Of a stretch of 64,000 nucleotides of DNA, positions 59,600-64,000 are shown in pieces. The DNA comes from Rhynchopus sp. YZ270_cl-10 (Eukaryota): NCBI GenBank assembly GCA_964035575.1, contig OZ037845.1, forward strand, positions 1,116,001-1,180,000, given 5' to 3'. Both the position numbers and the translations under genes were made by a program. Under the pieces are notes generated by a model. The model was not told the DNA's origin. It saw nothing but the letters and a program-made list of their open reading frames with translations, and did no database searches. Each line of letters begins with the position of its first letter. The stretch's first letter is position 1.

Positions 59600-59688
59600 A
59601 ATCATGATGAAAACCTTTTAATTGTCAGTGCTGGCACCAATGTGAGTCTCGACCATGAGCACATACTTTAACCGCTTTGTCTGAAACA
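59600..59688 (+). ncRNA. Probable box C/D snoRNA 6 (SSU-directed)
   Basis: ATGATGA at 59604, CTGA at 59681. TGCTGGCACCA is antisense to the conserved SSU TGGTGCCAGCA, and TTTAACCGC is antisense to SSU GCGGTTAAA. Confidence 0.7.
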
Positions 59689-59717
59689 CTTCTGTTCCCC
59701 ACCTTTCCACCCTCCTC

Positions 59718-59807
59718 TGTTGTGCATGATGAAATCCTGGAACCGCCCTAGCCAAGCCGAAGCAACGCTGTGGATACATTCCAACCTCACCTGACTGCTG
59801 ACACAAC
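59718..59807 (+). ncRNA. Box C/D snoRNA 1, duplicate copy
   Basis: Identical core to 50826-50916. Confidence 0.8.
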
Positions 59808-59836
59808 GCAAACCACACTCCACACTTTCCTTCTCT

Positions 59837-59932
59837 TCTTGAGTGATGAAACATTACGCACATTTGACTAGAGTCTCGGACAGCACAGCTGCATGACCGA
59901 GTAAAGCAACATACTCATTGATTCTGACAAGA
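59837..59932 (+). ncRNA. Probable box C/D snoRNA 7
   Basis: Terminal stem TCTTG/CAAGA, GTGATGA at 59843, CTGA at 59924. ACTAGAGTC is antisense to LSU GACTCTAGT. Confidence 0.7.
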
Positions 59933-59978
59933 CACATTTCAGGTTCTCTTCTTTCGGGAGCACACTTCCGTCTCCAAA

Positions 59979-60238
59979 CAGCAACATGATGCACAAAACA
60001 CAACCATTCGGCCAGAGGTGGCCAACAAAGTCACGGCACCCTCGGTGGGGCTCGAAAAATTATGTCAAACTCAACAGGTCTGATTGTTGCTGCTCTCCTC
60101 TTTTGAACACAACCACTTCACATGACACCACACACAGCGAGCATGATGACAAAACTTCTTGGCAGCACCGCAAGCTGCTCCCAATACACCTCTCAGGAGG
60201 ATATGAGGGTTGGTCTTTCTTTCGCCCCTAGCTGACTC
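59979..60238 (+). ncRNA. Duplicate copies of box C/D snoRNAs 3 and 4
   Basis: Near-identical to 51077-51336 (offset 8902 bp). Confidence 0.85.
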
Positions 60239-60354
60239 CACAACCTGTGCACATTCACACATCACACCACATCACATCACACCATATTCTGCGCAAGGAT
60301 TACCCTCACTAAGCATCACCACACTCCGACACCACCACATGCCACCAGGTATCA

Positions 60355-62484
60355 ATGCTGTCGCTATTAGAGAACATCATCTCTGCGCGGGGCAGTCTTG
60401 AAGGGGTGGGGCGACAGCGGAATAAGGACGTTCTATGTGTTGCGCTGTGGGCTTTAGTGGTGGGTCTTTGTGTGCTGCTTCCTTGGTTTGTCGGCGACAG
60501 CTTCGCCCTAGGCCACCTCGGGGCCGTATTCATTCTCCTCTGTGGCACCGCAATCCTCACGCTAAGCTGCTGCGGCCGCGTAACCTCTGTCTTTTACATC
60601 AAAGCCTTCATTATTATTATCTTCACCTCCGTACTGCTCGTTGATATGTCGTACCGTGCTGTAGGAGGTGTCGCATGGCCATTATGTCTGGTGATCATCG
60701 ACCTCTCAGCAGGGTTGAACCTAGGTGAAACACTTCCCCTCCGTCTGACCTATGTGGGGACAGTGTGGTTGGTGGTGCAGCTTTTTGAAAGGGTGTTTCG
60801 CTTTGGTCTGTATGAGGTTCCGTTGCTGCCTTCGCAGGAGACACGATATGACGCTGCAATGGCAAAGCTGCAGTGCAAATCACTTCCGTGCGAGGACTCT
60901 GCAGAATGGGCTGTTGGAGTGGAGCTTGCTGCACTGTCAGTTTTTGTGTTGCATTTTTCTTCGATTCGCGCGCTCGCAAACCAGGCGAGGACAGAACGAT
61001 TGCTGCATGAAGAGTCGATGAAAGCGTTGCGCAAGGTAGCCAACATGCTAGCAGAATACGAGATTGACACTGCCCTGCATGCGCTAGACGGAATCGAGCT
61101 GAAGCATGAAATGAAGCTGGAATTTCTCCGATTGGAGCAGAATCTACGTCTGTACAGACCGTACCTTCCACATTGGATTCTCAACAAAGAGGGCACCCCT
61201 GGTGGTGGGGAGATGGACCGGAAGTTTAGTATGAACGTCGCACCACCTGGGGTGGTTGCGCGCGAGGCGACCATTGTGTTTACCGATGTCCGCAAATCGA
61301 CTGCCCTCTGGGAGCAGATCCCCGACGCCATGGAGCGTGCGATCGACATACACAACGAGGCCCTGCGCTACGTGGCCAGCTCCTACAACGGGTATGAGGT
61401 GAAGACGATCGGGGACGCTTTTATGGTGGCCTTTGAGACGCCAAGCGCAGGGATCAACTTTGCTTTGAGTTGCCATGAGGAGTTGCTTGAGTCGGAGTGG
61501 CCGGCTGGTATGCAGGAGGTTGTCATGTGCAGACGCGACGGTGAGATATGGGGCGGATTGACAGTCAGAATCGGTCTGAACCATGGTCCCGTAACCTTAG
61601 AGGAAAACGTGCTGACCGGCAGAACGGACTACCACGGACGTACCGTCAACATCGCTGCGCGTCTTGAAGGAAAGTGCAGCCCAGGGGCTGTAGCACTCCC
61701 CACAGAGCTGTGGGACCAAGAAGAGCCTGTGTGCCTCCTATCCAGGTCGTCTCCCCCCGTTGCCACCATCCTCAACGGTGTGTCCGAGCCCATCATGATT
61801 ACTCTAATATGGCCTATAGCCTTAGCAAAGCGGCAGGGGCGTCCGCTCAAGGATGTTGTCGCTTCGCACGCCTTTGGGCTCTCCTTGCATAACCCGAACA
61901 CAGAGCTTCGCAGCACCCACGCGACTGTCGGCATTCTGCAGTTCTGCGTGCAAAAGGAGGTGACCCAGGCTGGCGCGTCGTTGAATGCAGGGCTGGAGTC
62001 TGTAGCTGCGTTTCTCTCTGCGAGTGGAGGGACGTTGGTTACTGTGTTGGGGTTTCGTGCGTGCGTGGGGTGGAATATTACGAGACAGAGTGGCTCGCAT
62101 GCGGAGTGTTCTTTGTGGTTTATGCAACGTTTGCGGGTTGCGAAGAAGTGCATTGTGGAGGCGGCGGGGTTGTCCACTGGAGAGCTGTGGGTAGGGGATA
62201 TGGGCACGCAGACGAACAGGTTCATGACCGTCGCTGGCGACCCAGTGGACCACAGCTGGGAGCTCTGCAGCACCGCCCTCACCACGCACTGCGGCTGTCT
62301 TTACAGACCCCCGCCCTGCTCTGACCTCCCCTCCTCCCTCGCTGCCCTCCTCCGCCCAGCACCCCTAGTCAATAACCCCCAAGAGCAAAGCTGCGACCCA
62401 GTCTACGAACTAATCGATGAAGTCTCCCCACCAGCCTCCCCATATCACTCCGAGGGGGAAGAGAAGGGTGACGAGATCCGGTGA
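60355..62484 (+). CDS. Membrane-anchored class III adenylate/guanylate cyclase
   Basis: Several N-terminal TM segments, YRPYLP linker, and TIVFTDVRKSTALWE, GYEVKTIGDAFMVAF, VRIGLNHG, DYHGRTVNIAARLE motifs. A degenerate second cyclase-like region lies C-terminally. Confidence 0.92.
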   Translation: MLSLLENIISARGSLEGVGRQRNKDVLCVALWALVVGLCVLLPWFVGDSFALGHLGAVFILLCGTAILTLSCCGRVTSVFYIKAFIIIIFTSVLLVDMSYRAVGGVAWPLCLVIIDLSAGLNLGETLPLRLTYVGTVWLVVQLFERVFRFGLYEVPLLPSQETRYDAAMAKLQCKSLPCEDSAEWAVGVELAALSVFVLHFSSIRALANQARTERLLHEESMKALRKVANMLAEYEIDTALHALDGIELKHEMKLEFLRLEQNLRLYRPYLPHWILNKEGTPGGGEMDRKFSMNVAPPGVVAREATIVFTDVRKSTALWEQIPDAMERAIDIHNEALRYVASSYNGYEVKTIGDAFMVAFETPSAGINFALSCHEELLESEWPAGMQEVVMCRRDGEIWGGLTVRIGLNHGPVTLEENVLTGRTDYHGRTVNIAARLEGKCSPGAVALPTELWDQEEPVCLLSRSSPPVATILNGVSEPIMITLIWPIALAKRQGRPLKDVVASHAFGLSLHNPNTELRSTHATVGILQFCVQKEVTQAGASLNAGLESVAAFLSASGGTLVTVLGFRACVGWNITRQSGSHAECSLWFMQRLRVAKKCIVEAAGLSTGELWVGDMGTQTNRFMTVAGDPVDHSWELCSTALTTHCGCLYRPPPCSDLPSSLAALLRPAPLVNNPQEQSCDPVYELIDEVSPPASPYHSEGEEKGDEIR

Positions 62485-62891
62485 TTTTCGGGAAAAAAAT
62501 GTTTGTTTTTAGTGTGCGGAGATCAGCGCTTTGTTTCTCATCTCATGTTTTATTATTGTGGGCCAGGGGGTGGTGCCTGCATCAACGATTTCCTTTTTTT
62601 CCCCTTTGCTTTGTCAAGCAAGGAAGGTGCGTGATGCTGGTCAGATTTACAAAAAATGGCGTCTCCCCCCTTTTTTTTTTGAATTGTTTGGGAATCACAT
62701 ACTCACCACTTTCATACAATTTACAGGACTTTACACAACCTTGGTAACACCTTGGGCACATCTTTTTCGCGGTTTTCCCTTGTATTTGACAAGAAATTTG
62801 TTGCAGGCAATCACAAGAGTTTTGAGTCTCCTTGGTGGAGGCGAGGGTTGGTACCTGTGTTTACACGTTCACAACGCGGAGACACAACAGG

Positions 62892-64000
62892 ATGAGTTCA
62901 GATGCGAAAACGTCTGTACGAGAAAAACGCAGCTCGCGGCATCAACGATTTAATGCGCAGGGCATTGTGCCTTGGGCGCCCTCCCCGGTCTCGGACACAG
63001 TTACCCCCACGCTTCCTGAGCTTCCTAACTGGGCGTCGGAAAGGTATAGTGAACGGTTTTTGCGATCATCATCACCTGTGGCACGGATTGTTGTGAAGCG
63101 TTCACCACGGTCTGTACCGACCCCAGTTCAGACACCACAGACGGAGCAGAATATTGAGGTGGACGATGTCGAGTTGTCCTCCATCTCCTCCAAGGAGGCC
63201 AGCGAAGACAAGGAGCCTGTCTCGTCGCCCCCCTCCGACGACCCCGCATCTACCACGGACGAGCCTGCCCCGCTGCTGTCCTCCTCCTCCTCCTCTTCGC
63301 CTCCGTCGCCGTCTGCAGAGGTGTCCTCTGCTGAGGACGAACCTGCGCAACCGAGCAGCACCTCAGACAACGAGGGCAGCGATAAGAGTGTCTCTTCTTC
63401 TGACAACCGGCGACGCCGGCGGAGTCGGACGTCGATAGCGTTGCATGACATGCTTGATGCGGAGATAAAAGACTTTGTCAACTACATGCAGCTCAACGCA
63501 AAGGAGAGGAAGCACCGTGAGGACGTTGCGGCGCGGGTGCGTGTCGTGACGAAGGAGCTTTTCCCCGACAGCCAGCTCGACATCTTCGGCAGCTGGTCCA
63601 CGGACCTCGCGCTCCCCTCCTCCGACATCGATGTCACACTCTGCGGTGTCGAGCCCTCAGAAGCCACTGAGCTTGCAGAGGCACTCCAAACTGCCGGCTT
63701 CTCCACCCACCTCATCGCGACCTCGAAGGTCCCTATCTTGCGCCTCACAGACCCTGTCACAGGAGTGCACGCTGATATCTCATTCAACATGTCCCGCGCA
63801 GCAGCGTCGGCAGCAAACATGAAGAGATTAATGCAAAAATACCCTCTCGCACGGCCACTCATCATCGCATTGAAATCTATCCTCAAGCAGGGTAACATCA
63901 ATGAAGTCTACACGGTATGTTTTTTTTAAAAAAATGTCAAATAAATATGAAAAAATCAACGACAACAACAACAGGGTGGACTGAGCAGTTATTCGTTGTC
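62892..64000 (+). CDS. TRF4/PAPD5-like non-canonical poly(A) polymerase (partial; intron 63915-63974; continues beyond window)
   Basis: FGSWSTDLALPSSDIDV nucleotidyltransferase motif, KVPIL and DISFN. Splicing gives the conserved NEVYT|GGLSSYSL. Confidence 0.92.

Noticed and set aside
1..64000. An intact TnpB/Fanzor, reverse transcriptase or transposase gene
   Set aside because: No ORF shows RuvC plus zinc-finger, RT (YxDD) or complete DDE motifs. Only a hAT fragment was found.

Overview
Eukaryotic nuclear DNA, most likely a euglenozoan and probably a diplonemid (inference). The evidence is that all ~17 protein genes lie on the + strand as a directional cluster, GT-AG introns are short, C/A-rich tracts ending in CAG sit just before start codons, and there is a membrane-anchored class III adenylate cyclase. 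Genes: three paralogous, unrecognised type-I membrane proteins; a TPR-like protein; a multi-pass membrane protein; an LSm3-like Sm protein; mitochondrial GrpE; two secreted Cys-rich repeat proteins (one a 15-domain pacifastin-like array); a STE-type kinase; tRNA isopentenyltransferase; RPS17; a chromodomain ORF; two GSTs; an adenylate cyclase; and a TRF4-like poly(A) polymerase running off the right edge. The non-coding DNA holds a duplicated cluster of box C/D snoRNAs, most with rRNA-antisense guides, two LSU rRNA fragments, several hAT and TA-site MITEs with visible TSDs, and a hAT transposase relic inside an intron. The most striking signal is dozens of 35-110 bp hairpin elements from several distinct families. 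Every copy seen is in the + (transcribed) orientation, they show GNRA loops and G:U or compensatory pairing, and most share a 3' terminal (T/C)CAAC-type motif. They resemble TnpB/Fanzor omegaRNA right ends or SIDER-like cis-RNA elements, but that identity is a hypothesis: no nuclease gene is present in the window.
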